IMG/VR virus record: IMGVR_UViG_3300028887_000113
DNA: 64,000 nt
DNA from: an uncultured virus (IMG/VR IMGVR_UViG_3300028887_000113)
Lineage: Duplodnaviria > Heunggongvirae > Uroviricota > Caudoviricetes
Reading direction: 5' to 3' (one strand)
Shown here: piece after piece, positions 50,601 through 61,181 of the stretch
How the letters are laid out: the number at the start of each line of letters is the position of its first letter
Numbering within the stretch: position 1 is the first letter of the stretch
Made by a program: the position numbers and the translations under genes
Notes under the pieces: generated by a model
Database searches by the model: none
What the model was told of the DNA's origin: nothing
What the model saw: only the letters and a program-made list of their open reading frames with translations

Positions 50601-52373
50601 TTAAGCGTTCTTCACTTGGGAAACAATGTCGGCAAGCTGCTTGTCGATATCGTTAGCGGCCTTGTTGATAGCCTGGGACTTCTGTACGCCTTCCAGAATA
50701 CCGTTCAGAGTATTCTTGAACTTCTGTTCAGACGTCACCTTGGCTTCGATGCCTTCCAAGACAACGTTCAGCTTGGCTTCACGCGGATCGGCCTTCGGCT
50801 TCTGAGCGGCTTCGAATTCGGCAATGACCTTGTCAGCCTTTGCACGGATATCGGACTTCTTAGACGTAGCCAATGCCTTATCGATCATAGCGATAGTAGA
50901 CTCGAACATGGACTTAGTTTCGTCCACCTTCGGTTCTGTCTTGGCCGGAGCAGCAGCGGATTCCATCATAGCGGCCTTACGCTTGGATTCTTCACCGTAC
51001 TTCTTGATGATAGATTCCGTCAAAACTTGCTGTTTGAGGTTATTAACCACGCCATCAAGCTTGGCCAACGTGCTTTCACGTTCACGATTCTTGTGATAAG
51101 ATTCCAAGATGGCATTAGCCTTTTCCGCAGTCATCCGCAGACGAGCTTGAGACACGATAGATTCAACCTGTGCTGCTTTCTTGCGAAAATCACAAGCAAG
51201 GTCAGCATCAGTATCTTGTTCACCGCATTCAGTAACCGCATCCACAGAGTCATCACCACCTTCGGTAGCGTCACCAGACAATTCTGCATCTGCGGTAGCT
51301 TCACCCACGGACTGTCCTTCCGCCGCAGCAGCATCTTCACTCGGCATGTCGTCAGCTGCTGTATCGGCCAATTCCGTATCCTCTAGGAGGCCACGAGCCT
51401 TAGTTGCGATAGCTTCGAAATTGAAGTCTTCGTCTTTGTCTTCAGACTTGTCATCGCCTTCTTCCGATTCAGTATCATCGTCAGCATCCAAAATGCTATC
51501 CAAGTCGTCACTGCCTTCTGCACCAGCGTCATCGCCCGACTTAGTGTCATCTTCTGCAGCGGTATCATCACTAGCATTGCCTTCATCAGCCGGAACATCA
51601 CTTTCGGAACCTTCTCCGCCAAGATCGTCCAGACCACCGAGATCACCTTCAGTACCCATATCGGCCAAAGGATCTTCGCCACCTTCAGTACCTTCGAGAC
51701 CTTCGTCACCAGTCGGCTCGGCAAGCGGGTCATCCATGCCAGCAAGCGGATCGCCCACATCGGCATCGAGACCAAGACCCATGTCGTCACCAGCATTAGC
51801 GTCAAGAGACGGTTCAGCGGTCGGATCAATCGGATCCATCGTCGGAATGGAAGCATCACCCATAGCAGCCGGGTCACCCAAACCAGCGTCCGCACCAGCG
51901 TCACCAGTCTTAGCGATGTCCTGAGCAACAGTACCATTCGGCTGGGCTTCGGACACGTTCTGCTGTTGCTGAGCTTGAACGGCGTGGTCGATAGTCTGCT
52001 GGATGAACGAACGTACGTCACCAGTAATGTGGTTGTTCATCTGAATCACGGCAGAGATACCAGTGATATCTTCCGGGCTAATGTTGCCGTCCGGAAGTTC
52101 GGCAATTTTCTTGGCGAATTCATCGACCACAAACTTCTGAGTCTGCTGATCTTGCATGTCATCGCCTTCGCTAGCGAAGTTCTCGCCATATTCAAGAGGT
52201 TCGTCGCTCGGATTCACCTCAAGCATATCAGAGAAAGACTTCGGAGCGTCGTCTTCTGCTGGCGGCAAGCCCAAGTCAAGCTGGCTACCAAATGATTCAA
52301 ACTGGCTAACAGCTTCGTCAAGTGCGAAGATGTCTTGCATAGCCTTCTGTTGGATTGTTGCTTCATTCTGCAT
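50601..52373 (-). CDS. Acidic low-complexity late protein, probable prohead core or internal protein
   Basis: D/E/G-rich, with repeated FES/FEA/LED/VES/LES/MES/LEG motifs; late promoter at 52419. Confidence 0.6.
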   Translation of the reverse strand: MQNEATIQQKAMQDIFALDEAVSQFESFGSQLDLGLPPAEDDAPKSFSDMLEVNPSDEPLEYGENFASEGDDMQDQQTQKFVVDEFAKKIAELPDGNISPEDITGISAVIQMNNHITGDVRSFIQQTIDHAVQAQQQQNVSEAQPNGTVAQDIAKTGDAGADAGLGDPAAMGDASIPTMDPIDPTAEPSLDANAGDDMGLGLDADVGDPLAGMDDPLAEPTGDEGLEGTEGGEDPLADMGTEGDLGGLDDLGGEGSESDVPADEGNASDDTAAEDDTKSGDDAGAEGSDDLDSILDADDDTESEEGDDKSEDKDEDFNFEAIATKARGLLEDTELADTAADDMPSEDAAAAEGQSVGEATADAELSGDATEGGDDSVDAVTECGEQDTDADLACDFRKKAAQVESIVSQARLRMTAEKANAILESYHKNRERESTLAKLDGVVNNLKQQVLTESIIKKYGEESKRKAAMMESAAAPAKTEPKVDETKSMFESTIAMIDKALATSKKSDIRAKADKVIAEFEAAQKPKADPREAKLNVVLEGIEAKVTSEQKFKNTLNGILEGVQKSQAINKAANDIDKQLADIVSQVKNA

Positions 52374-52441
52374 ATTGAAAGTCCTTTCAGTGAGCCAGTC
52401 TGGCCCGAATTTCCGAATAGTTTATATAGTTGCCATTTTTT

Positions 52442-54025
52442 CTAATTTTCGTCGTACTCGATTTCGATATCCGGTACACAATAACCAGGATCCGCCTGAC
52501 CGCCGACCTCAAGCTGGAGATAGACATAGTCCGTCTCTCCAGCCTTCATTGGGTTATATATACCACCGTCGACACGGCACATATTGTAGTTTCCGCACAT
52601 GCAGACCGGCGCATTATGGACATAACTGCCCATTTCCGGTGTCGTAACGCACTGGTAGGCATTGATTTTCTTGCCAGACTTGAGCACTCGTTCCGGATCG
52701 ACATAGATGACTTCATTGTCGGTCGAGCCATGCTCTACGACCACACCGTCAACTACGACATCATCGATGAAGTTGGCGATCGGTGAGAACGGATTTCCGA
52801 TAAAGCGCAACGGACAAGATGCGCCGGACGTATTCTCGAAACGATATATTGCGTTAAGGCTAAAGGTCAACATCGGTCGTCGCATACCGTTAATCAGGTA
52901 GCCGAGGTGTCCGAAATTGTCCTTCTCGATAGAAACCTTGTAATTGATAACCGGCTTGTTCGTATGGTCGAACGGCGAATTAGCCTTGTGGGTCGTAACT
53001 ACACCAGTAGCTGGATCCAACTCGGTCGAATGCCACTGGGTCGGAACGTAGGCTGGATTGTTTTCACCGTATTGACCCGGCGTTCCGTTATACATGTAGA
53101 CCATCTGGATAATTCCGCCAGTACCCAAGTTCTTGCCGTACTCATCATCCGGACGCTTGTATAGCAAGCCATGCGGATAATCACGGATAATGTCCAACCC
53201 TAGATTCTTGTCCTTGACGACCAAGCAAACTGTGTTATAATCAATTTCACCGTCAATTTCCGGGTTGTATACGTAATTCTTTCCCTTCTCGGTCTGGTCA
53301 ATAGGCACTATCTGGTCGCCATAGGTCGGCGAGCAAGTCGGCTCGATAAAGTCAATGAAACGGTACGGAGTCATGTTCTTGCCGTGCTGCTTCGTGTAGG
53401 ACACGTTACGGAAAATATAGACGACACTATCGTCTTCAGCATTATTGGTACGAGTAGCAATCGTGACAGTAGGCTGACGGTCTCCGTCGAGGTAGATGAT
53501 GTTGCCATAACCGCAATCTTTGTAGTCTACGTTATACTCGTACTTGCTGAGCCTTGGGTCTGGGACCTGGCCAAACAGTCCGGCCACGGTCAAGTAAAAA
53601 GGATGCTCCTTAGAATAGTTCCAGATGTCATTGAGTGCGATTTGGGATTTCTGGTTAGTCGGGCGGCTATAGGAGATAGAGTTGCCTATGAACAGTTTTG
53701 CGACTGTCGGAGATGTTGGCCTTTCACCTACTGGATAGAGTCTGATGTTGCTTAGTTGGACATCTGGAGCATGAATCAAATGAATCTTGAATACACTTTC
53801 CATGGAGTACGAATAGCACTCCGGATTGTCTGGGCGGTAAATGCAATAGGCACCAGCTTCGGACGCATCGTCCGCCGGTACGGTATGGCCGGTTTCTTCG
53901 AGAGCCGCCGAGCTATATACTGACGGCACGCAAGTATCGACCCTTTTTAGACCGATGGATGACACCGGAGTACCGAAATCGCCATCCTTACCAGTATATT
54001 TCTTTATGAGCAAACGTGCGGACAT
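52442..54025 (-). CDS. Hypothetical late (virion) protein
   Basis: 527 aa with a late promoter at 54050; C-terminal TDYVYLQLEV...IEYDE. Confidence 0.6.
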   Translation of the reverse strand: MSARLLIKKYTGKDGDFGTPVSSIGLKRVDTCVPSVYSSAALEETGHTVPADDASEAGAYCIYRPDNPECYSYSMESVFKIHLIHAPDVQLSNIRLYPVGERPTSPTVAKLFIGNSISYSRPTNQKSQIALNDIWNYSKEHPFYLTVAGLFGQVPDPRLSKYEYNVDYKDCGYGNIIYLDGDRQPTVTIATRTNNAEDDSVVYIFRNVSYTKQHGKNMTPYRFIDFIEPTCSPTYGDQIVPIDQTEKGKNYVYNPEIDGEIDYNTVCLVVKDKNLGLDIIRDYPHGLLYKRPDDEYGKNLGTGGIIQMVYMYNGTPGQYGENNPAYVPTQWHSTELDPATGVVTTHKANSPFDHTNKPVINYKVSIEKDNFGHLGYLINGMRRPMLTFSLNAIYRFENTSGASCPLRFIGNPFSPIANFIDDVVVDGVVVEHGSTDNEVIYVDPERVLKSGKKINAYQCVTTPEMGSYVHNAPVCMCGNYNMCRVDGGIYNPMKAGETDYVYLQLEVGGQADPGYCVPDIEIEYDEN

Positions 54026-54063
54026 ATACCACCGAAAGTGTTTGTACGCAGTTTATCAGTTTT

Positions 54064-57000
54064 CTATTTCTTAAACATGTCATTGGCTTGGGTCATTGCG
54101 CCCTTCATGATCACCTTGTACAGTTCCTCGGTAGACATGTTGCTCGGCTGGACGGTCACTGTAATGTGTTCCTTGGTCAAGCTCGCCTTACGAACACCAG
54201 CAAGTTCTGCATTGGACACGACCTTTTCGAAGATATCTCCGCTCATGCTACCAGAGCTACCAACTCCGCCAGCGCCTTGTGTAGAACCATCCGAGAACTT
54301 CCCAGCATTATCCTCAATAGATTTCTGTCTGAATATTGCCCTCAGTTCATCAAATCCGATCAAGTCTTGACCAGCAATCAAGCCGAACTCATTCTCGACC
54401 ATGTCGGCCATAGAGGCATTCGGGCCATCCACGAAATGGTCGTACATGATGCCGCCGCCATAATTCTCGAACAAGTCCTTCAACGCATCGAACTCTTCCT
54501 TGATCTGAGTAGCTACGAGCGTATGCAGTAACAATGCATCGTCTCCGATAACTTTGCCATTATTGAATCCATCAATAAAGCTATGCTCGCTAACAGTTTC
54601 AATCGGATATCCCATCTGTACTAGTTCATCTTCAGTACGGAATACTCCGTCAATATACAACCCACGTTCAGTGCATTCCACCGGTGCCAGTTTTTCTCCA
54701 TAGAAATCGTCCTTTGAATTCTGATCAAACGTCGGTCGTATATCGGTAGTCTTAAGATGCAACTTACCGTCACTCAATGACAACCATGCACCGCCGTCGG
54801 CAGACTCTTCTACAAATATCTTGGCATCTTGGTATAGATTTCCAAGGTAGTCCTTGACCATCTCAACCATATCTTCGGTATACTTACGGTCGACTATATC
54901 CTTGTATGTCTCGACATATTCACCAGACACGAGGGCACGCGCCGCCGTCAAGCTTCCAGTCAGACCATAATAAATCAACAACTGCTTGTACGACTTATCA
55001 TTCAGAGCCTTCCATTCATATATGTTGTCACGATTGTTCAGAGAAGAACCGTTAGCTTGCATCTTGGTACGGATCAAGTTACAGAACTCAAGCACATTCC
55101 GTAATACAATATCATGCGGAACCGTATAATTACGAATATTTCTAGGACTGACGTAATGCTGGCCGTTAATCAACAACGCGTTCTTGTATGCCGCGCTATT
55201 CCTTAGCACATAAGGCAATTTGCCTTGTGGACGCGTATTATATACCAATTTATTGGCATCTACATTGACATATCCCAAACTAGCCACCGGGTCTTCTTGG
55301 TTCAATGTCGCTTCACGGAACTTCATCGCATCCTTATGGTTCACTCCGATAGGCAAAAATTCCCATACAAATATATTCGCACCAATCTTCAATCGGCCAC
55401 ACCATACAACGTTCAACGGTTTGCCGAACACACCATTCAAGCACGCAGTCGTAAAGCCATCGGCTATATCGATCAGCTGCATGAATTCCGGGCTGCCGTC
55501 TTCGATCGGCATGCCAGTCGCCTTACCGCTAATAAGAATCTTAACCGCAAGACCATAGTTGTGCCATGACAAGAACGTACTTTCACCGCCACCGGAACTC
55601 ATCAGCTCTTGGTCGTCCTTGGAACGCATAGTCTCTACCAGCTCGACCATCGAGGCACCATAGGTATTGCGCAGAATTCCCATCAAGATAGCAACGGCAT
55701 CATATATGCCCATGCTAGCACGCATATCACCAATACGCTTGGAACTGTTCTTGAAGATTACCCATCCGGGAACCTTCGTGTCCGGATCTGACGGCATCTC
55801 TCTAGTATCGCTGGCATACTTGTCTTGGTCAAATGCGCCATAGTTCATGAACGCCCAACGACGGATCTCGGAATCATACGGAATATACGGCATGTTGTAT
55901 TCAAGCCGAATCTTGGTACGTTCATCCGACTTTTCCGTATTTTCCAGTGGAACATATATTCCAACGACATATACACTTCTACCGATACCGTCTATGACAG
56001 TATTTGCAGTAAATTTTGATGCATTATTGATAGTCACGTCAACTTCCAGTCCGTCGTCACTTATCAGCAACAATGTACCGTTTGTAAACTGTGTAACTTT
56101 ACCAACGCCAATCAGATTAGCAGAATCACCTTCTATAGGATAATCAAACGTACATACAGTTGATGAGCTGCTGGTCGACACATTCGCATCCTTACCTATC
56201 GGATAGTACTGCATCGGCTCACTACTATTAGGAGGATATGCCTCGTAGACATCGTTATCTACAAACGTAATTTCGCACCAACGGACACCGATAGATCTCT
56301 TGACCATCTTGTGCCGAGTCCGTCCCCATCGCTTGTACCTAACCTTTACCCGTTTGTACATCTGAACCGGCAATAAAAAGCGAGCTGGCATGAAATTATA
56401 CGGTGTATCAGCGAATCCATACGACGGACGGGTGCCAATAAAAGTCTTATTAGTAAACACGGACTCGTTCGTATATATTTGATACCATTTAATACGGTCA
56501 ATAGTGTCCTTGAGCTTTTCATAGGCGCGTTTAGCATCACGTAATCTAAGTTTCTGTAGAAGCAAGAACGTCAAGCCAAAATGAAGCCCTTGTACGGTCA
56601 ATATGTTGTCAATCTCGTCAATAGCATCATCCATCGTATTAAGCGCAAACTTTACACAGTCGTTGACTGTATACGTTGTAGCTTCGCCAATATCATCAAT
56701 AGTTTCATAGGACGGCTCGAATTTATGCTCATCCAGCAAATCAGTTGCTGTTGACGAAGTATCCCAGCAGACCACCGGCAACTCGTCATCATCAGAGTAT
56801 GACCCAGTCGTTACATATTGACACATGTTATCGATATGGTCGCTACTTCCTATATTAAAGTAATATGGCTGATTGTCATACGACACATTATTGACATCAT
56901 TACCGATTCTATTGTACAATCCGCGAATCATAGTTATACATATGTCAATAAATTGAGATACACTACCAAGATACGTGCATTGATGGTTATCATTCGTAAT

Positions 57001-58869
57001 CAAATAATCCATTATATCTGGTGTCCACATATATGGAGTCAATTCTGATTCCGGTGGATCAGTATCAGTAGACAGCCCAGCATTTACATTAAAGTCAAAC
57101 GGCTGTCCATCGGTGCCCAAGACCGTGCACTGACATATTTTCTGATCTGGAATGTAGTAACATTGCAAAAAACCGGGGTCTCCGTTATCAAATCCATAGT
57201 AATCATTGTACATACCGGCATAAATATCAGCCAGCTGCTTTTTGATATCGGACACTTTCATAGGCTGATAGGCCATTTGCCAATCGGAATACGTAGCATT
57301 GCCCATCATACCATGCAGAAATCCGCTCCACCACTCCTTCGGAAAATTGCTTTTAAGCTGTGTTTCGTCATATCCGGTAAAAATCCTATATGACACACCT
57401 AGATAATATGGCGGCGTAGAATTTTTCGTCGCAACCTTACCATCGGATTCTTTAGCCACAGTTCCTAAAGCATATAAGGTTTCAAATCCCTTAGTACTAA
57501 ATAGACGAATGCCTTTCGTCCACACATTCATATTTCCGTTATCGTCGCCAATATCGGAAATACCATACGATAATTGAGGGATACCATACTCATACATCGC
57601 TTTCAAGAAATTCGTGCATGATGCTAAGTCAAGCGCAAATACCTTTTCGGTTGCATATTTTTTCAGCTTGTATCGTTCCTGGCTTAACTTGCGCTTCAGT
57701 CCGCTAGACATAAACCGACGGACACCACGTATGCTCATTATCTCGTTATATGTGTCAAAATACCGTTCGGTAAATTCGTCAGCAAGTTCTTCCTTCGGTG
57801 TATAAAGCTTCTTAAATACATCGGATACTGTCGGAATTACTGCAGTCGCACCATCAGCACGTATGTTGGGTAATGGCGACGGATTGCGGTCCATACACTT
57901 GAAATAAAACGAAGACGCGGTGGTCAATTTTTGCTTATCGACATCAGACGTATACACGTCGATCATTTTGGCATTATTCTTAATCTTCGTACGTGTCCAG
58001 TCAGCATAGTACGTCTTTACGGCAATTTGCCAGTCAGACAGACCCTCGGTATCGCCAATCGGGTCGGCATATGACGAATCATAAAATACAGTTTTGATAC
58101 CAAGATTATTCTCTCGTGCATGTTCTCCAAGTACGTTTACCGCCTTAACGAAAGAATCATACCGATAAACAGCATTGGATTTTCCCTTGGTCTGCTTGTT
58201 ATACCACTTAAAACCCTGATACAAGTTTCCTCGCAACCCGACGGCAGCCAGTGCACGCGATGTCCATATGTAATTCGTCTGATGCCAGAAATTCTGGTCG
58301 ACATTTGTATAGTTTGCGTCGAACGGGTTAATGTCATACTGAGGCAAGCTTGGATTCATCAATCTAAAACGCGGCGTTACTGATACGGTCAATGCCGTAA
58401 CCGTAGTACCCTCGACATCCGAATCATCTACATCGCACAGCCGCATATTCGTCAATGCAACGTCATTCACTACCATCCCAACGGTCAAACTAATGTCGAG
58501 AATAATCGAACGTGATTCCGGAATTTCAAAAATACCAGATTCAGCCAAGTCATCCAACGGATAGCCAATCGCTATATAGTATGATTTCGCAACTTGGCCG
58601 CCATCGGCCAGGTCAGTAGTAGTAACATCCAGTACAACTCTATCTTCTACGCTAACGGCAGAACCATCTGACTTGTATATGCCAGTAATCAGGTACATCA
58701 CGTTATTCGTCACCAGCTCATTCATGTTGACGTCATCGATAGATCCGTCATCATTTGTTGCCAACGAACTGGGCGTAGTTTTCAAAGGAATATCACTGAC
58801 ATCGAGCTTGATGTCAGTTTTTATTGTCTTTTCCTTGTAATAATGTTCGAAATCAAACAGTCCAGCCAT
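54064..58869 (-). CDS. Large virion protein with a degenerate M15 peptidase-like domain
   Basis: ETMRSKDDQ...SWHNYGLAVKI; late promoter at 58893, 24 nt before MAGLFD. Confidence 0.6.
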   Translation of the reverse strand: MAGLFDFEHYYKEKTIKTDIKLDVSDIPLKTTPSSLATNDDGSIDDVNMNELVTNNVMYLITGIYKSDGSAVSVEDRVVLDVTTTDLADGGQVAKSYYIAIGYPLDDLAESGIFEIPESRSIILDISLTVGMVVNDVALTNMRLCDVDDSDVEGTTVTALTVSVTPRFRLMNPSLPQYDINPFDANYTNVDQNFWHQTNYIWTSRALAAVGLRGNLYQGFKWYNKQTKGKSNAVYRYDSFVKAVNVLGEHARENNLGIKTVFYDSSYADPIGDTEGLSDWQIAVKTYYADWTRTKIKNNAKMIDVYTSDVDKQKLTTASSFYFKCMDRNPSPLPNIRADGATAVIPTVSDVFKKLYTPKEELADEFTERYFDTYNEIMSIRGVRRFMSSGLKRKLSQERYKLKKYATEKVFALDLASCTNFLKAMYEYGIPQLSYGISDIGDDNGNMNVWTKGIRLFSTKGFETLYALGTVAKESDGKVATKNSTPPYYLGVSYRIFTGYDETQLKSNFPKEWWSGFLHGMMGNATYSDWQMAYQPMKVSDIKKQLADIYAGMYNDYYGFDNGDPGFLQCYYIPDQKICQCTVLGTDGQPFDFNVNAGLSTDTDPPESELTPYMWTPDIMDYLITNDNHQCTYLGSVSQFIDICITMIRGLYNRIGNDVNNVSYDNQPYYFNIGSSDHIDNMCQYVTTGSYSDDDELPVVCWDTSSTATDLLDEHKFEPSYETIDDIGEATTYTVNDCVKFALNTMDDAIDEIDNILTVQGLHFGLTFLLLQKLRLRDAKRAYEKLKDTIDRIKWYQIYTNESVFTNKTFIGTRPSYGFADTPYNFMPARFLLPVQMYKRVKVRYKRWGRTRHKMVKRSIGVRWCEITFVDNDVYEAYPPNSSEPMQYYPIGKDANVSTSSSSTVCTFDYPIEGDSANLIGVGKVTQFTNGTLLLISDDGLEVDVTINNASKFTANTVIDGIGRSVYVVGIYVPLENTEKSDERTKIRLEYNMPYIPYDSEIRRWAFMNYGAFDQDKYASDTREMPSDPDTKVPGWVIFKNSSKRIGDMRASMGIYDAVAILMGILRNTYGASMVELVETMRSKDDQELMSSGGGESTFLSWHNYGLAVKILISGKATGMPIEDGSPEFMQLIDIADGFTTACLNGVFGKPLNVVWCGRLKIGANIFVWEFLPIGVNHKDAMKFREATLNQEDPVASLGYVNVDANKLVYNTRPQGKLPYVLRNSAAYKNALLINGQHYVSPRNIRNYTVPHDIVLRNVLEFCNLIRTKMQANGSSLNNRDNIYEWKALNDKSYKQLLIYYGLTGSLTAARALVSGEYVETYKDIVDRKYTEDMVEMVKDYLGNLYQDAKIFVEESADGGAWLSLSDGKLHLKTTDIRPTFDQNSKDDFYGEKLAPVECTERGLYIDGVFRTEDELVQMGYPIETVSEHSFIDGFNNGKVIGDDALLLHTLVATQIKEEFDALKDLFENYGGGIMYDHFVDGPNASMADMVENEFGLIAGQDLIGFDELRAIFRQKSIEDNAGKFSDGSTQGAGGVGSSGSMSGDIFEKVVSNAELAGVRKASLTKEHITVTVQPSNMSTEELYKVIMKGAMTQANDMFKK

Positions 58870-58922
58870 GAAAATGCCTCGGTTACGCACCTAGTTTATC
58901 AGTTTGCAACCGAGGCTAATTC

Positions 58923-61181
58923 CTAGGCAGTCTCTTTTTCCCACATCGGCTTGATCGGTCCCAACATCGAGTACAGACCGTTGTTGGTCACTGCCTGGTG
59001 GAAATCGAACTTGTCAGACACCACCTTGCCACGGTGAGTAATGATAACGGCACAACCGATATCGGCAAGCATCAGCTTGGCGAGGTCGAGCATGTCCCTC
59101 ATGGAGTTGTCGTCGGTAGAAATGTCGAGCACTTCGTCAAGAGACAAGAAGTTGACATTGAAGTTACCGACCAGCGACACGAAGTCACGGAACGCCATCG
59201 ATATAGCGAATCCAAGCTTGCGCTTCTGGCCTTGTGACAACATCGTGTAGGACGGCGACAGACCCGGAAGAGTCTTGAACGTATAGTCCATAGAATCGCT
59301 GAACGTCACCACGAACGGCAAGTGAGCCTTGGCAATGTTGCGCTGCACGGCCTTGTTAAACGCCGGGACGAACATACTGAATACCATCTTCTTCATACCG
59401 TCGTCGGCGCAGACCTTCGTGATGGTATTGCAGACGGCGATAGTGTCACTCGCCTCATGCATATGCTTTTCGGCTTCGGCTAGTAAAGCTTGATTCTTCT
59501 TGATCTTGGATTCCATAACGGCTATTGAGTCGTCGGTAGAATTCTCGGCACGCTCGATGTTGTCCTTGAGAGTATCAAGCTGTTCCTTCATCTGAGACAA
59601 CTGTCCATTCAAGTCGCTCTGTACAGCAACGATATCGCTGAACTGTCTGTTCAACTCATCATATTCAGTACGGATAGCTGGGAATGCCAGCTTTTCTTTC
59701 TTAAGCTCATCGAGGCGGATCGTCAACGAATCGACATCGACGCCAGAAAGTTCACGTTCCAGTCGGCTGACTTCGTTCTTTGCCGTAATCATTTCAGTAT
59801 AGGCCGGAGTCTTTTTCTCATCCAGATACTTCTGGTAGTCTTGGATTTTCGGTTCCATACCCTCAATAGCGGCTAGTACGTCAGCTTTGTCAGAATCAAT
59901 GCGACTGAGTTCCTTTTCCAACGGAGTAAGTTCAGCCTTCAATGCCTTGACTTGGTCATTGAGTGCCGACCACTGTACACGCAATTCGGCCTTGTGGCGT
60001 TCAACATCAGACTCGTCAGAAATATGTCCGCAAGTCGGACACGGCGTTCCAACCTTAAACGACTTAGCAGTCTCGGTAAGCTGATCACGCTGTTCGGTAC
60101 GCATACGGATCTCGTTTTCCTTAATGCCATACTCTCGGTCGACCTTGGCACGTTCTGCTGGTAGCTCTGCCAACTTTTCTTGAGCTTGCTTATACGCTTC
60201 GGTAAGATTCGTCATGATACCTTCGTATCGCTCATTCTCTTCTATTAACTGATTGTAGTCAGTCTCGGCATCAGCATAGCGTGCCTTTGCATCATGGAGC
60301 TGCGGAATCTTGGCGGACTGCCGGTTAATCTTGTCAATCTCCAGATCGATCTCGCACTCTTTCGCCAACTGGGCACGCTTCTCAAGAATCTTCGACTTGA
60401 TTTCTGTCTTGTCATTCTCGTGACCGTCATAATCAAATTTTAATACCTTGTACTTGTTATCAAGCGCCTTATAGTCGGCCTTCATCTGGTCAAGATTTTC
60501 TGCACGCTCGGCAAGCATCTGCTCATGAATCTTCTGGAGTTCGGCAACTTCATCACCAAGCTGAGTCATGTCTGACTGGGCAACATTGAACGAAATCGTC
60601 GCTTCGGACAGACGCTTATGGTTTGCCTTCTTCCAAGTATCGAGCGACAGCGAAATTATTGACTCCAGCAATTCACGCTTCTTCGCAGCAGGGAGCATAA
60701 AGAACGGAAGCGTTTCCTGGGTGTTCATGGCTATTACGTTCTTGAACAGCACCTCGTTGAACTGGAGAACCTTTTCCTCAAAGTCTTGCTGGCTGAACCC
60801 GGCACGCTTGTTCTGCGCTACCCATTCCTCGCCTATTAACTTTTCAATAGTGAACTTGACCGTAGACGTCTTGCCAGAAATACTCCTCATGATACGCCAC
60901 GATTCGTGACCGTCTTGGGGATTTTCCGTATCGAACGTCAACTGAACGACTGTCGGTTCACCGGCACTTGCGTTCTTCGTGTTACGGAGTTCTTCCTTCT
61001 TGCCGCCACGGTAAGAAACGCCTAGTAAGGCGAAAGTCATCGCCTCGACAATGGCGGACTTGCCGAAGCCGTTGTCGCCACTGAGCCATGTCAAGCCGTC
61101 ACGGAACTCGAAGACGTTCTTCGTGTTACCGTACGACATGAAATTACGGAACTGGAGTTCCTTGAAAATAATCTTATGCAT
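58923..61181 (-). CDS. gp46: Recombination endonuclease ATPase subunit gp46 (Rad50/SbcC)
   Basis: FRNFMSYGN, Walker A GDNGFGKS, CPTC zinc hook, LSQGQ signature, LDEVLD, ITH. Confidence 0.95.
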   Translation of the reverse strand: MHKIIFKELQFRNFMSYGNTKNVFEFRDGLTWLSGDNGFGKSAIVEAMTFALLGVSYRGGKKEELRNTKNASAGEPTVVQLTFDTENPQDGHESWRIMRSISGKTSTVKFTIEKLIGEEWVAQNKRAGFSQQDFEEKVLQFNEVLFKNVIAMNTQETLPFFMLPAAKKRELLESIISLSLDTWKKANHKRLSEATISFNVAQSDMTQLGDEVAELQKIHEQMLAERAENLDQMKADYKALDNKYKVLKFDYDGHENDKTEIKSKILEKRAQLAKECEIDLEIDKINRQSAKIPQLHDAKARYADAETDYNQLIEENERYEGIMTNLTEAYKQAQEKLAELPAERAKVDREYGIKENEIRMRTEQRDQLTETAKSFKVGTPCPTCGHISDESDVERHKAELRVQWSALNDQVKALKAELTPLEKELSRIDSDKADVLAAIEGMEPKIQDYQKYLDEKKTPAYTEMITAKNEVSRLERELSGVDVDSLTIRLDELKKEKLAFPAIRTEYDELNRQFSDIVAVQSDLNGQLSQMKEQLDTLKDNIERAENSTDDSIAVMESKIKKNQALLAEAEKHMHEASDTIAVCNTITKVCADDGMKKMVFSMFVPAFNKAVQRNIAKAHLPFVVTFSDSMDYTFKTLPGLSPSYTMLSQGQKRKLGFAISMAFRDFVSLVGNFNVNFLSLDEVLDISTDDNSMRDMLDLAKLMLADIGCAVIITHRGKVVSDKFDFHQAVTNNGLYSMLGPIKPMWEKETA

